Shown: positions 1 to 13,025 of the stretch, in pieces
Numbering within the stretch: the stretch's first letter is position 1
How the letters are laid out: the number at the start of each line of letters is the position of its first letter
Position numbers and translations under genes: made by a program
The notes under the pieces: model-generated
The model's database searches: none
The model's input: the letters and a program-made list of their open reading frames with translations, nothing else
Told to the model about the DNA's origin: nothing
Assembly (NCBI GenBank): GCA_964016885.1
Contig: OZ024762.1
Location: 19,964,001-20,028,000 of the forward strand
DNA length: 64,000 nucleotides
Direction: 5' to 3'
Source: Eledone cirrhosa
Taxonomy: Eukaryota

Positions 1-96
1 CAGTCCCAACCTTGCAAGCAAGGAAAGGCAGACGTAAAATGATGATGATAATGATGATATATATATATATATATGATGTTGAAACAATGATGATGA

Positions 97-159
<63 letters not shown>

Positions 160-164
<5 letters not shown>

Positions 165-620
165 GGTTACACAACAGTTAGTTCACCATACCGAGAACAA
201 TTGTTTCACCTTAGCAGATCCTCAGCTCAGAATGGGCATGGGTATAGGAACAGGAAGGACAACCGTACGAACGCGCATGCGCAGGAACCCGGTCACTTCA
301 CACGGGCAATACTAGAATGCGTGCGAGAGGTGTAAGGGAGATAACTGCGAAAGTCCGAAAAGAAAAGTTTTTAGTTGAAAAAGAAAATTACAAAGAATCA
401 GTCCGGAGCCTTGTAGTTATGTAATAGGTGTTTGGCGACGTGTGGACAACGTGTGAAAAATTCATTTCTCATGTTGAGGCAATCATTATTGCGTAATCTC
501 TTTAGAATTGTTATTCGTTCGTCAATACATAAGCCACACGTCGGATTTCCCCTTGCGTATGGCTCGGACTTAGTGATGGCTTTCCATTGAATGGAGTAGT
601 CTATACTTGAGTCCTTGAGG
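160..620 (-). mobile_element. Penelope-like retroelement 3' remnant (GIY-YIG endonuclease C-terminus plus pseudo-LTR)
   Basis: ORF 398-736 ends ...YSIQWKAITKSEPYARGNPTCGLCIDERITILKRLRNNDCLNMRNEFFTRCPH, matching the W..Y..C.LC..E..I..LN.R.E...C.H pattern of PLE GIY-YIG C-termini; followed by a GCGCATGCGC motif and a hammerhead; bounded by microsatellites. Confidence 0.75.
186..235 (-). ncRNA. Minimal type-I hammerhead ribozyme motif in Penelope-like terminal repeat
   Basis: Minus strand reads CCAT-T-CTGAG [CTGAGGA] TCTGCTAAGGT [GAAA] C-AATT-G [TT] CTCGG-T-ATGG: CUGANGA and GAAA cores, stem I CTGAG/CTCGG plus CCAT/ATGG, palindromic mini stem III; stem II weak. Lies about 160 nt downstream of the GIY-YIG ORF stop on the same strand. 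Confidence 0.7.
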
Positions 621-1180
621 GACCATACATATATATATATATCCATATCCATGTATATATATATATATATCCTCATGTGCTCCCTTCCTCTAGCACACTG
701 TCTCCCTTTCTCTTTCATTTTGTCTATATCTCCCACTCACTTACTGACTCTCTCTCTTTCTTGTCCTCCCCCCCCCCTATCTATCTATCTATCCATCCAT
801 CCATACATCTATCCATCCATCCATACATCTAGTTATCTATCTATCTATTGCTACTATTTCTTCCATTCCCTTGCTATACTCCCCTTCCCTCCTAGCCACC
901 ACCCTCATGAAACACACACGCACGCACACACACACACCACACACGTGCACAATGGACTGTGGCCTATTTTCATAACTAGCGGCTGTCATACCTAATAATT
1001 ATTTCATTGTTTATATATATATATGTTTCTATGTCTTTTTTCCTTTTCTTATATAAATAATAAACATATTTACACGCACAAAACCCACATCGTACCATCC
1101 TGTGCCGTCCTGTACCGTCTTTCATGTTTTTCTTGATGTCAGCCCTTGTGGCCAATAAAGAAATCATTATTATCATTATT

Positions 1181-1370
1181 AGGGGGGATTGGCAGTATCG
1201 GTAGAGAGTCGGACGCCATGCTTTGACGCATAGTTACGGCCCTTGCCATTCTGAGTTCAAATCCCGCCGAGGTTAACTTTGCCCTCATCCTTACGGGGTC
1301 GATAAAATAAAGTACCAGTAATGCACTGGGTAATTACTGGCCTTGTGCCAAAAGTAGAAACAATTATTAT
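1181..1370 (+). mobile_element. tRNA-derived SINE, family A
   Basis: A-box-like TGGCAGTATCGG, B-box GAGTTCAAATCC, central TTTGCC(TT)TCATCCTTACGGGGTCGATAAA, (ATT)n tail; more than 10 copies in the window. Confidence 0.85.
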
Positions 1371-1599
1371 CATTATTAACACCATTATAATAATAATTAT
1401 TATTATTATTATTATTATTATTGTTATTAATATTGTTGTTGTTGTTAATATTGTAGTTGTAGTTGTAGTTGTTGTTGTACTCCTTCTACTTGTTGTTTTC
1501 TTTCTTTTCTCAATATTTTCGGAGAAATATTATTTTCCGCCATTAATGTAAATGGTTTCTAGTCACCATGCTCATGCATATTCAACCATGCATGGCAAT

Positions 1600-3132
1600 G
1601 TGTTTATACCCACAGCACATACCACACACCGCACACCACACACACACACCACAGCACACACCACAGCACACACCACACACCTCACTACACCACACACCAC
1701 ACACACACCTCACCACACCACAGCACACCACACACCACACACACACACACCACAGCACACACCACACCACACACCTCACCACAACACAGCACACACCACA
1801 CATACCACACCACAACACACACGCACAGCACACACCACACGCTCACACTACACATGCACAACACACACGCACAGCACACACCACACGCTCACACTACACA
1901 TGCACAACACACACGCACAGCACACACCACACGCTCACACTACACATGCACAACACACACGCACAGCACACACCACACGCTCACACTACACATGCACAAC
2001 ACACACGCACAGCACACACCACACGCTCACACTACACATGCACAACACACACGCACAGCACACACCACACGCTCACACCACACATGCACAACACACACCA
2101 CACATGTACAACACACCACACACCACAGCACACACCTCACCACACCACAGCATACACACCACAACACACACCACAGCACACGCACACCACAGCACACACA
2201 CCACAGCACACGCACAGCACACAGCACACACCACACACCACACAATCAAACATACCACCTGCACACACACCATTTACATGCAATGCACACACACACACAT
2301 CATATGCAAAAACACATACCAAACACAGGCACATATCACACCGCCACAACACACCTCAAATATAGCATACACACACACCATACACAGGCACACACACATA
2401 CACACACACCACACACCTCAAATATAGCATAGGCACACACATAGGCACACACAGCTCACACCCACACCACACACCACAACTACAACACACACATACAATG
2501 TACACACACACAAGCACATACCACGACTACAACACACATATACAATGCTCATACATACAAGCACACACCACAATTTCAACACACTCATGCACACACATAC
2601 AAGCACACACACACACCACACACCACAACTACAACATACACATACAATGCACACACACACACACACACACACACACACCACAACTACAACATACACATAC
2701 AATGCACACACACACCACAACTACAACACACACATACATACAAGCACACACCACAACTTCAACACACTCATGCACACACATACAAGCACACACACCACAC
2801 ACCACAACTACAACATACACATACAATGCACACACACACACACACACCACAACTACAACATACACATACAATGCACACACACACCACAACTACAACACAC
2901 ACATACATACAAGCACACACCACAACTTCAACACACTCATGCACACACATACAAGCACACACACACCACAACTACAACATACACATACAATGCACACACA
3001 CACCACAACTACAACATACACATACAATGCACACACACACCACAACTACAACACACACATACATACAAGCACACACCACAACTTCAACACACACATACAC
3101 CACACACCACAACTACAACATACACATACAAT

Positions 3133-3173
<41 letters not shown>

Positions 3174-3798
3174 AATTATGCATGATTGCATACTCACATG
3201 TATGCATGAGTGCACACGTCACACATGCATTGCATTTGTGTACACATCTTCTCTAACCATGCTTACATAACAGCATTCCGTGATGCATGGAGAGCAGGAC
3301 GCACACACACACACATACATACATACATACACACACATACACACATACACACACACATATATACATACACACAAACATACATACATACACACATACATAC
3401 ATACATACATACATACATACACACATACATACACACATACATACACACATACATACATACATACATACATACACACATACATACATACACACACATACAT
3501 ACACACATTTATTCATACATATATGCATGTATATATGCATGTATATATATATATGTATATATATATATGTGCCTGTGTGTATATATATATATGTGTGTAT
3601 GTGTGTATACATATCATATATAGCGCATATATGTTATATATATATGTATATATATATATATATATATATACATATGTGCCTGTGTGTGTATATATATATA
3701 TATGTGTGTATGCGTGTATACATATCATATATAGCGCATATATGTTATATATATGTGTATATATATATATATATATGCATTTGTGTGTGTATCATCTT

Positions 3799-3830
<32 letters not shown>

Positions 3831-3867
3831 TATTACATATGATAACTCATACACATTCACACACAGG

Positions 3868-3937
<70 letters not shown>

Positions 3938-3950
3938 CATACACACACAT
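1600..3950. repeat. CA-rich micro/minisatellite block
   Basis: CACAC/CATA degenerate repeats with roughly 45-bp higher-order units; source of His/Thr-rich spurious ORFs. Confidence 0.9.
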
Positions 3951-4544
3951 TCCAGCCACACTTCTCACAGTCTCTGGAGTGAATGAAGTAAAAGTTTGGA
4001 GGAAGGAAAGCTGCCATTGTTGAAATAATTTCTGAACATTTGGTTCAGATAAACGAGATAAATTGGCAAATGTGGATTATCGACCATTCATATGGAATAA
4101 AACAATATATAAGTGCTGTATATATATATATATATACACACATATACAGATGTATATATATAGTGACGTTATCACATTGTATAATGATAATATTAATAAT
4201 TGTAGCAAATATATGTACATTATATATATATATATATATATATACAAATATATGTACATTATGTATAATGATAATATTAATAATTGTAGCAAATAATAAT
4301 GATTTATTTTATTTTATATGTACATTATATATATATATACACACATATACAGATATATATAGTGACGTTGTCACATTGTATAATGATAATATTAATAATT
4401 GTAGCAAATATATGTACATTATATATATATATATATATACATACAAATATATGTTCATTATGTATAATGATAATATTAATAAGTGTAGCAAATAATAATG
4501 ATTTATTTTATTTTATATGTACATTATATATATATATATACACA

Positions 4545-5132
4545 CGCGCATGAAGGACGATAGCTGTATAACAAAGTGCAGGGCAATAAAGATAGATGGT
4601 AGCCACGGAATAGGCAGACCCAGAAAAACCTGGGACGAGCTGATAAACTCCGACCTCACACACTTACACCTCACCAAGACAATGTCACTGGACCGAGACC
4701 TTTGGCGGTACTCAATAATAGAGAAGACCCGCCTTACCTAAATACAAAGTAAAACCTACTACAATCAGTAGGCATCTCTAACAAAATACACCCCCGTCCC
4801 ACCACCCCCACCCCATCCACACCGCCCCCCTTCTATGTAAAGTTATGTTGGTGCCACACCATCCAGGCCGAAACAAATGAGATCGTGTAGGTGTCACGAC
4901 AAAAAAACACACAGTCCACGCTGTAATGTGGCCGTGTAGGCAACACGGTAAAAACCTCCCAGCCCCACACTGTAAATGTGGTTGGTGTTAGGAAGGGCAT
5001 CCAACTGTAGAAAACCTGCCAGACAGTCCTATGCGAGCAAGACAATCACTCTTGCCTCAAGTGGGAATACCCCGTCCAAACCCATGCAAGCGTGGAACAC
5101 GGACGTTAAACGTTGATGATGATGATGATGAT
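4545..5132 (+). mobile_element. RTE-type LINE 3' fragment
   Basis: [36 protein letters not shown]...DRDLWR (GRPRKTW motif), 3' UTR ending GGACGTTAAACG(TGA)n; near-identical copy at about 40020-40600. Confidence 0.85.
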
Positions 5133-5227
5133 GATATACAGATATATATAGTGACGTTGTCACATTGTATAATGATAATATTAATAATTGTAGCAAATAA
5201 TAATGATTTATTTTATTTTATATGTAC

Positions 5228-5259
<32 letters not shown>

Positions 5260-5271
5260 TACATATATATA

Positions 5272-5345
5272 TACAGTGTTTCCCCCAAAATGTATACATA
5301 CTTCAATACCATTCTAATAAAAGTATGTATACATTTTTGGGTGAC

Positions 5346-5352
<7 letters not shown>
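5272..5352. mobile_element. Tc1/mariner-like mini-MITE (hairpin)
   Basis: CAGTGTTTCCCCCAAAATGTATACATACTT ... AAGTATGTATACATTTTTGGGTGACACCCT inverted repeats inside (TA)n; related ends at about 20581 and 30948. Confidence 0.6.
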
Positions 5353-5405
<53 letters not shown>

Positions 5406-5974
5406 AAGGGCATCCAGCCGTAGAAAACCCGCCAGACAGTCCTATGCGAGCAAGACAACCACTCTTGCCTCAACTGGGAAAACTCCCGTCCAAACCCATG
5501 CGAGCGTGGAATATGGACGTTAAACGATGATGATGATGATGATATATATCAAATACTGATATCTGATATTAACACTAATAATAATATTTAATGATTTCTT
5601 TTATTTTTTATATATATATATATTATATGTATATATATATATATGTGTGTGTGTATATGTATATATAATTGGTGAACCACACATCATAAATGTACACACA
5701 CACACACATACATATATATATAATTCATCAATATTGTCAAAGATTAGATGATATTTATTTACAGTAAAGGCTTATCAGCAACATGTAGAAAACTGGTTAA
5801 AGTTGAGATGTAAAGTTGATGATAATCAGCAATTAATATTACACTCATATTTCTATAAACTGTATATCTGATACATTGTTATTGTACATTGTCCTCTTTA
5901 TACTATATCTATATAATGGACTCTCCCGTCGATTTGACATATTTGGTTTCTGCAGTCTTTTCTGTTCATTGTTT

Positions 5975-6665
5975 TATATTTATGCCTCAAATGGCACTTA
6001 AATCAAGCTCCTGATTTACACATCAATCCACATTTGGTGCAGGTAACAGGATCTTGAACAGAGCAGGCTGGAATACCTGACCAAACTCTGGTGTCAGAGG
6101 TGGGCTAACGAGATTTCTCAAAGTCCTTTATACCTTCGTGTCAGACAGTTCTTCATCTTTTTGGTGCAGGTAACAGGATCTTTAACAGAGCAGGCTGGAA
6201 TGCCTGACCAAACTCTGGTGTCAGATCTTATCTGACAGAGGTGGGCTAACGAGATTTCTCAAAGTCCTTTATACCTTCGTGGCAGACAGTTCTTCATCTT
6301 TTGGTGCAGGTAACAGGATCTTTAACAGAGCAGGCTGGAATGCCTGACCAAACTCTGGTGTCAGATCTTATCTCACAGAGGTGGGCTAAACGAGATTTCT
6401 CAAAGTTCTTTATACCTTCGTGGCAGACAGTTCTCCATCTTTTACGGTTGGCAGTCATGGATTCAAACGAAGAAAGAGGTACGTTGACAGGCTTGATTGT
6501 ACTTATATTGGAGTAGTGACCTGCCCACACTATGCACACCACCCTGGAGCTGACTGTACAACAGTACCTTAGGTGTGTCGTCCTCAGACATCTGTAGGAC
6601 ATGACAAGCCCATCTGAGTTGGGATTGCATCAGAAATGACTAAATCCCACCAATGTTGCACATTG
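5975..6665 (-). mobile_element. RTE-like LINE 3' end with C2H2-like finger and internal triplication
   Basis: Minus strand encodes FESMTANRKRWRTVCHEGIKNFEKSRL...PVTCTKCGLMCKSGA*FKCHLRHK; roughly 140-bp unit repeated at 6034, 6161 and 6301. Confidence 0.65.
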
Positions 6666-7076
6666 TATATATATATATATATATAAAAATACGTATTTAA
6701 GAAAGCCACAACAATGCAAAGGGAAATCTCGAGGTAGGAAGTGAAATATAGATAGGAAAAACAGGTGAAAGTGAAAGTTGAGAGAGACAAAGATGAAAAC
6801 AAAACAAAGGTAGAAGGGTTACCGTAGTAGAGATTTAATCCCAATATTTCGGGCTCACGCCCATCAACGGGGGAAAAAGTTCCAAAATGTGTGTGTGTGT
6901 ATATATAAAACATGAAGTATAAGTCAACAGGTTAAAATTAACTTCCTTTATTCATAGTCACTGTTATATATATTTCGGTGATAACCATTATGTAACAGCT
7001 ATGTTAGTTGATGAAATAATCTACAGACTTTTAGTCATAAACTGACATAAAACACTCAACAACTTGTGTTCCTTAA

Positions 7077-7296
7077 CCCTTTAATGTTCAAACCGGCCAA
7101 AACCGGCCAGAATTCTCTACCTCTTTCTGTTGAAACTGGCTGTAACTGGTCGCTCAAACTGATGTTAAGGTATTGTTCTGAAAATAAATACTTTAAAAAT
7201 CTCATAGATTCGATATTATGTGAGATAATTATGTGAGGTAAAGTCGTTATCATGAAAATATAATAGTATATATAGAGTAATGTGAATACTAAAGGG
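7077..7296. mobile_element. piggyBac-like MITE
   Basis: TTAA|CCCTTTA ... TAAAGGG|TTAA; other copies at about 10574-10792, 49372-49595 and 59690-60585. Confidence 0.75.
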
Positions 7297-7729
7297 TTAA
7301 AGTATTATCAATAAGGAATCTAGTGGAATGTGAATATTATAAATGTACGTACTCTATTTATTGTATAATCTGTTATACATATTTCAAAGACATCAAAGTT
7401 TGCATGATAACCCATTGACGTGTTCTGATCACACAGGTGTAAAGTTGTAATGTTTTTGTTTTGATATGCTGCTATGGTTCGTAGTACATGGTGGTAATAG
7501 TTCACTACAATATGGTCTAAGGTGTCGTCACTTGGGGAGACGATAAATCAGGCTATTATTCTATGCATTGAACGATACAGAGAGGGTATAAAGGAACGTA
7601 AAGACCTGACCCTTCCTCCTCTCTTTCTCTCTCTCTATACATATATAAGCGTTAACCTAATATATCCCTTCCATATACTGTACTGATTGTATTGTTATTT
7701 CTGTTTACCTTTTACATATATATATATAT

Positions 7730-8058
7730 CATCATTTCATTTTACGTCCACTTTTCCCTGCTTGCAAGGGTGGGACGGGAACTGATTCTGGCTTGATTTC
7801 TACAGCTGGATGCCCTTCCTAACACCAACCTCATTTACAGTGAGTGCTGGGTGCTTTTTTTCCGTGGCACCTACACGACCACTCTGCAGTGGAATGATAG
7901 GGACTGGGGTCCCTATCTCATTTGTACAGCTGAGTAAACTGGAGCAATGTGAAATAAAGTGTCTTGCTCAAGGAAACAACACATCACCCGGTCGAGAATT
8001 GAACTCACAACCTTTCGATTGCAAGGCCAAAGCTCTAACCACTAAGCCATGCGCCTTC
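7730..8058 (-). mobile_element. tRNA-derived CORE-like SINE with RTE-derived tail, family C
   Basis: Minus strand: GGCGCATGGCTTAGTGGTTAGAGC head, CTTGAGCAAGACACTT...TTGCTCCAGTTTACTCAGCTG core, tail shared with RTE 3' UTR (GGAAGGGCATCCAGCTGTAGAAA...GGACGTAAAATGA). Confidence 0.85.
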
Positions 8059-8060
8059 AT

Positions 8061-8126
<66 letters not shown>

Positions 8127-8194
8127 CCTATATATAAATAACTCATATATATATATATATATAACCTATATATATATATGTGTAAGCTATGTAT

Positions 8195-8680
8195 AAGACT
8201 GGGGCCCCTTTTCATTAAAAAAACCCAAGAAGTCTTCTATAAGATACACCCTTGTAGGAGGTCAGCTAAACCTGCATTTGTTTGAGCTATAACATGTTAA
8301 GAGTGGGGCCTCTTTTCATTAAAATATCCAAGAAGTTTTCTATATGATACAACCTCATAGGTGACCAGCAAAACCTAGATATGTGTAAGCTATGTATAAG
8401 ACTGGGGTCACTTTTCATTAAATACCCACGAAGTTTTCTATAAGATACAACCTTGTAGGAGGTCAGCTAAACCTACCTAAGAGTGGGGCCCCTTTTCATT
8501 AAATAGTTAAAAATTTTCCTATAAGATACACTCTTGTAGGAGGCCAGCTAAACCTGTATTGGCGTGAACTGTAACATGTTAGCATTGGGAATTCTTTTCA
8601 TTAAAAAACCCAAGAAGCCTTCTATAAGATACAACCTTGCAGGAGGCCAGCTAAACCTGCATAAGTGTGAGCTGTGAATT
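8195..8680. repeat. Degenerate 110-125-bp tandem repeat
   Basis: GGGGCCCCTTTTCATTAAA...AAGATACAACCTTGTAGGAGGTCAGCTAAACCT repeated about 4 times; related sequence at about 47335-47620. Confidence 0.7.
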
Positions 8681-8988
8681 TCATTACAATTTTTTTTCCC
8701 CTCATAATGAATCTACCAATTCAACAGTTCGTTGTTAAACTAAAATGGGGGGGAAAAAATGTGGCTCTTTTTCATATTCTTACAAATTAGTTGGAATGGC
8801 AGAGAAAAAATAACAGAATACACAGATACACGCATATGTTCTTTAATAAATCTATGATATTACAAATGAATTGTTGTTAAAGTGGTGTCAGTACTACCAT
8901 AAATTGACGCCATGTATTAACAAAGATCAGATAAGTTGATCAACATACCGCAATGGTTAAATAACAATATTTACTTCCATCTTACTTT

Positions 8989-9033
<45 letters not shown>

Positions 9034-9109
9034 TTTGTTACTTTCCACCCTGCCATTAACAGCCATTGTGATTTCATACACATCACACGTTGGTTGTTCT
9101 TCCTTGTTC

Positions 9110-9153
9110 TTCAGTATCATTACCATCATCATCATCATCATCATCGCCACTAC

Positions 9154-9190
<37 letters not shown>

Positions 9191-9545
9191 GTCGCCGTCT
9201 CTACCATCACCATCATCATCATTGTCTCTAGCATCATCATCACCATCATCTCTACCATCATCATCACCATCATCATTATCATCATCATTAACATCATTAA
9301 CATCACTATCACTACTGCAACTATTATCATTGTTGTCGTCTTCATCATCATCATCGTCATCATCATCATCACCATTGCCACCAGCATCATTACCATCATC
9401 ATTACCATCACAATCACCATTACCATCATCATTACCATCACAATCACCATTACCATCACCACAACCACCAACATATCATAATCATCATCATCTTCATCAT
9501 CATCTTCATCATTAGCATCATCATCATCATCATCATCATCAGCAG
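9110..9545. repeat. (CAT)n trinucleotide repeat
   Basis: Degenerate ATC/ACC repeats. Confidence 0.9.
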
Positions 9546-9684
9546 TAGTATCATTGTTTTAACGTCTGCTTTTTTTTTACATACTGGTATGGGTTGGATG
9601 GGTTGTTTTCAGGCAGTTTTTCATTTGTTTTAATGGTGTGTTGCCCTTTGTAATGTCGACTCTTTAAATACACAGGGCAGTGAC

Positions 9685-10505
9685 ATCAGAGGGTCACTCC
9701 AGGTAGAGCTGCTACTTCTCCGATACTATGGGCATGGGGTTAGAATGTCTTTAGACTAACGTTACTCGATAAAGTGCGTAGCTCGGAGATCAGAGAGTCA
9801 CTCAAGGTAGAGCTACTACTTCTCCAAATTGAGAGATCACAGCTACGATACTATGGGTTCCTCTGAAGGGTCTTTGGAGTAAAGTTACTTGATAAAGTGC
9901 GTCACTCCAGGTAGAGCCGCTACTTCTCCAAATTGAGAGATCACAGCTACGATACTATGGGTTCCTCCAAAGGGTCTTTGGAGTAAAGTTACTTGATAAA
10001 GTGCGTCACTCCAGGTAGAGCCGCTACTTCTCCAAATTGAGAGATCACAGCTACGATACTATGGGTTCCTCCAAAGGGTCTTTGGAGTAAAGTTACTTTA
10101 TAAAGTGCGTCACTCAAGGTAGAGCCGCTACTTCTCCAAATTGAGAGATCACAGCTACGATACTATGGGTTCCTCCAAAGGGTCTTTGGAGTAAAGTTAC
10201 TTTATAAAGTGCGTCACTCAAGGTAGAGCCGCTACTTCTCCAAATTGAGAGATCACAGCTCTGATACTATGGACATGTGGTTAGAATGTCTCAGGAAAGA
10301 ATTGTTGGACAGATTTTACAGGCAAAACCAACTGCCAGGAGACCCAGGGATAGACCCCGAGGAAGATGTTTGGATAAGATCCATGAGCTTGGCTGGTCTC
10401 GCTTGGGTATCCAGCTAGATCAGTTGGAGATGGTTGCTTCTGACAGGACCTGCTGGGGGGAGTGTTTCAGGACTCTGCCCCCAAGGCTCTCTCGGGAATA
10501 GGTGG
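9685..10505 (+). mobile_element. RTE-clade LINE 3' fragment with 104-bp internal tandem amplification
   Basis: Ends GHVVRMSQERIVGQILQAKPTARRPRDRPRGRCLDKIHELGWSRLGI; 104-bp unit at 9797, 9901, 10005, 10109 and 10213; unamplified homolog at 26790-27230. Confidence 0.8.
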
Positions 10506-10573
10506 ACGAAGAAGTGATACTGTGTAATTTTTTTAGTTTATTCCATAACATTAACAGCCTAATATTAATTTAA

Positions 10574-10792
10574 CCCTTTAGCATTCACATTATTCTATAT
10601 ATACTATTATATTTTCATGGTAAAGGCTTTACCTCGCATAATTATCTCACAAAATATCGAATCTATGAGATTTTGAAAGTATTTATTTTGAGAACAATAC
10701 CTTAACATCAGTTTGAGTGACCAGTTACAGCCAGTTTCAACAGAAAAATTTAGAGAATTCTGACCAGTTTTGGCCGGTTTGAACATTAAAGT
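10574..10792. mobile_element. piggyBac-like MITE copy (inverted relative to 7077)
   Basis: TTAACCCTTTAGCATTCAC...; reverse complement of 7077-7296. Confidence 0.7.
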
Positions 10793-11309
10793 AAGTACTC
10801 AACACAATTTATTACTTTACTTAACATTAACAGGCATATGATTATAAAGGAATGATGCTAGAGCTGTAAAATCTTGCTTGCATTAATTTCTACTCTTTAT
10901 ATTAATAACTCCATTGTTTCATTCTAGGGACTTCTAAGGTTGTTTAAAAAATAAACCTCATTTGGTCATAGCGTGAGAGTATCTTGTACAGCCCTATATA
11001 TAATACTGTATATATAAATCAGGGTGGATTCAGTTTGAAACTGGTTAGACCAGTACTCCCGAGAGTACTCAATACATGAGGTAGTAGAGTATGGTTATAT
11101 TATAAAGTGTCAGGGCCCACGCTGAGCTCTTGCTGTTTCAACAGCTAGGAGTGATGCTAGAGCTGTGAAATCTTGCAAGCATTAATTTCTACTTTTCATA
11201 TTAATAACTGCATTGTTTCTTTCCAGGGACTATGTTGAAAAATAAACTTCATTTGGTCATTCCACAGCAGTATTTTGGTCAGCTTATATATATATATATG
11301 TATATATGT

Positions 11310-11487
11310 ACAAGGGTAGGCTGAAAATTTCATAAGCTGACTGTGAAATCTTGCACCCATTAATTTTAAATCTTTGTATTAGTAACTGCATTGTTTCTTT
11401 CAAGGGACTATGTTGAAAAATATGCCTCATTTGGTCATTCCATGAGAGTATCTTGGTCAGCCTATGAACTTTTCAACCGACTCTCAT
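11310..11487. mobile_element. Mariner-like MITE
   Basis: TA|CAAGGGTAGGCTGAAAATTTCATAAGCTGAC ... GTCAGCCTATGAACTTTTCAACCGACTCTCA|TA imperfect TIRs; internal segment also repeated at about 10855-10995 and 11150-11285. Confidence 0.6.
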
Positions 11488-11739
11488 ACTTAACATTAAT
11501 ACAACACAATTTAACGTCAGTAATTTTGTATTAAACACAACTTATTACTTACCTTTAACAGACCAGGCATATATTATTGTAACATCAGTTGCCGTGTATA
11601 CAAAGCAATATATTACATAACATTAACAAACTTATTTTAATTTAACATTATTAGCTATGTGTGCAACACAATTTATTAAATATTAATTTATTAATATTAA
11701 TTAAATGCTGATTTAACATTAATTTACATTCTTAAAATA

Positions 11740-12465
11740 TCAACATTAACTCTTAACATCTTGTAATAATTGAGCAGAAAATATCTAAAAATGTGTTGAT
11801 TCAAATGTTTATGGTATCTTTACTTGTGGACAGAGTGTTGTGAAAATTTGCAGTATTAACTCTTAACATCCTGTAATGATTTAGCAGAAAATATCTAAAT
11901 ATTTGTTAATTCAAATGTTTATAGTATCTTTACTAATGGATAGATCATTGGGAAATTTTGCAGTATCAATCCTTAACATCCTGTAATGATTTAGTTGAAA
12001 ATGTTTAAAAGTAGGTTTGCTAGTTGAAATGCTTATAGTATCTTTTCGTAACATTCTGTAAGAATTTAGCAGAAAATATCTAAAAATGGGTTTGTTAATT
12101 CAAATGTTTATAGTATCTTTACTAGTGGACATATTGTTGTGAAAATTTTCAATATTATCTCTTAACATCCTCTAATGATTTAGCAGAAAATGTCTGAAAA
12201 TAGGATTAATTCAAATGTTTATAGTATCTTTACCTGTGGACAGATTGTCGTGAACATTTGCAGTAAACTAAAGTAGATATGTTGAAGCCATAGTGCAGTT
12301 TTGTGCTTTTCAAGAATGTCTTGCTAATGTGGTTTGCTAATTTAGATGTTTATAGTATCTTTACTAGTGGACATGTTGTTGTGACAATTTGTAAACTAAA
12401 ATTCAGTCTTGGATTTTTAATATGATGCAAACATAGTGTTGTTTTGCTCTTTTCAAGAATGTCTC
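11740..12465. repeat. Degenerate AT-rich satellite
   Basis: AAATGTTTATAGTATCTTTACTAGTGGACA...GTGAAAATTTGCAGTA repeated; reverse-complement family member at 46080-47320. Confidence 0.7.
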
Positions 12466-12549
12466 GCCGAGGTTAACTCTGCCTTCCATCCTTACAGGGT
12501 CGATAAAATAAAGTACCAGTAATGCACTGGGGGTTGATTTAATTGACTT

Positions 12550-13025
12550 TAGTGTGGTGTAGTGTAGTGTAGTGTAGTGTGGTGTAGTGTAGTGTGATGT
12601 GGTGTGGTGTAGTTTGGTGTGGTGTGGTGTAGTGTGGTGTGGTGTTGTGTGATGTGGTGTGGTGTGGTGTGCTGTAGTGTAGTGTGGTGTGGTGTAGTGT
12701 GATGTGGTGTAGTCTGGTGTGGTGTGGTGTAGTGTAGTGTGGTGTGATGTAGTGTACTTTACTGTAGTGGAGTGGAGTGGAGTGTGGTGTAGTGTACTTT
12801 ACTGTAGTGTAGTGGAGTGGAGTGTGGTGTGGTGTGGTGTAGTATACTTTACTGTAGTGTAGTGGAGTGTGGTGTGGTGTAGTGTAGTGTGGTGTAGTGT
12901 GGTGTGATGTAGTGTACTTTACTGTAGTGTAGTGGAGTGGAGTGTGGTGTAGTGTAGTGTACTGTAGTGTAGTGTGGTGTGGTGTAGTGTACTGTAGTGT
13001 AGTGTAGTGTGGTGTGGTGTAGTGT
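12550..13025. repeat. (GTGTA/GTGTG)n pentanucleotide repeat
   Basis: Direct observation. Confidence 0.9.

Noticed and set aside
273-282. NRF1-type GCGCATGCGC as the FUT8 promoter
   Set aside because: It lies inside the Penelope-like terminal repeat, 49 kb from the coding exon, with no linking evidence.
1552-4553. Long His/Thr-, Tyr/Ile- and Cys/Val-rich ORFs here and at 18000, 31400-34400, 41500-43200 and 62800-63400
   Set aside because: Translations of stop-poor microsatellites, open in several frames, with no splice or homology support.
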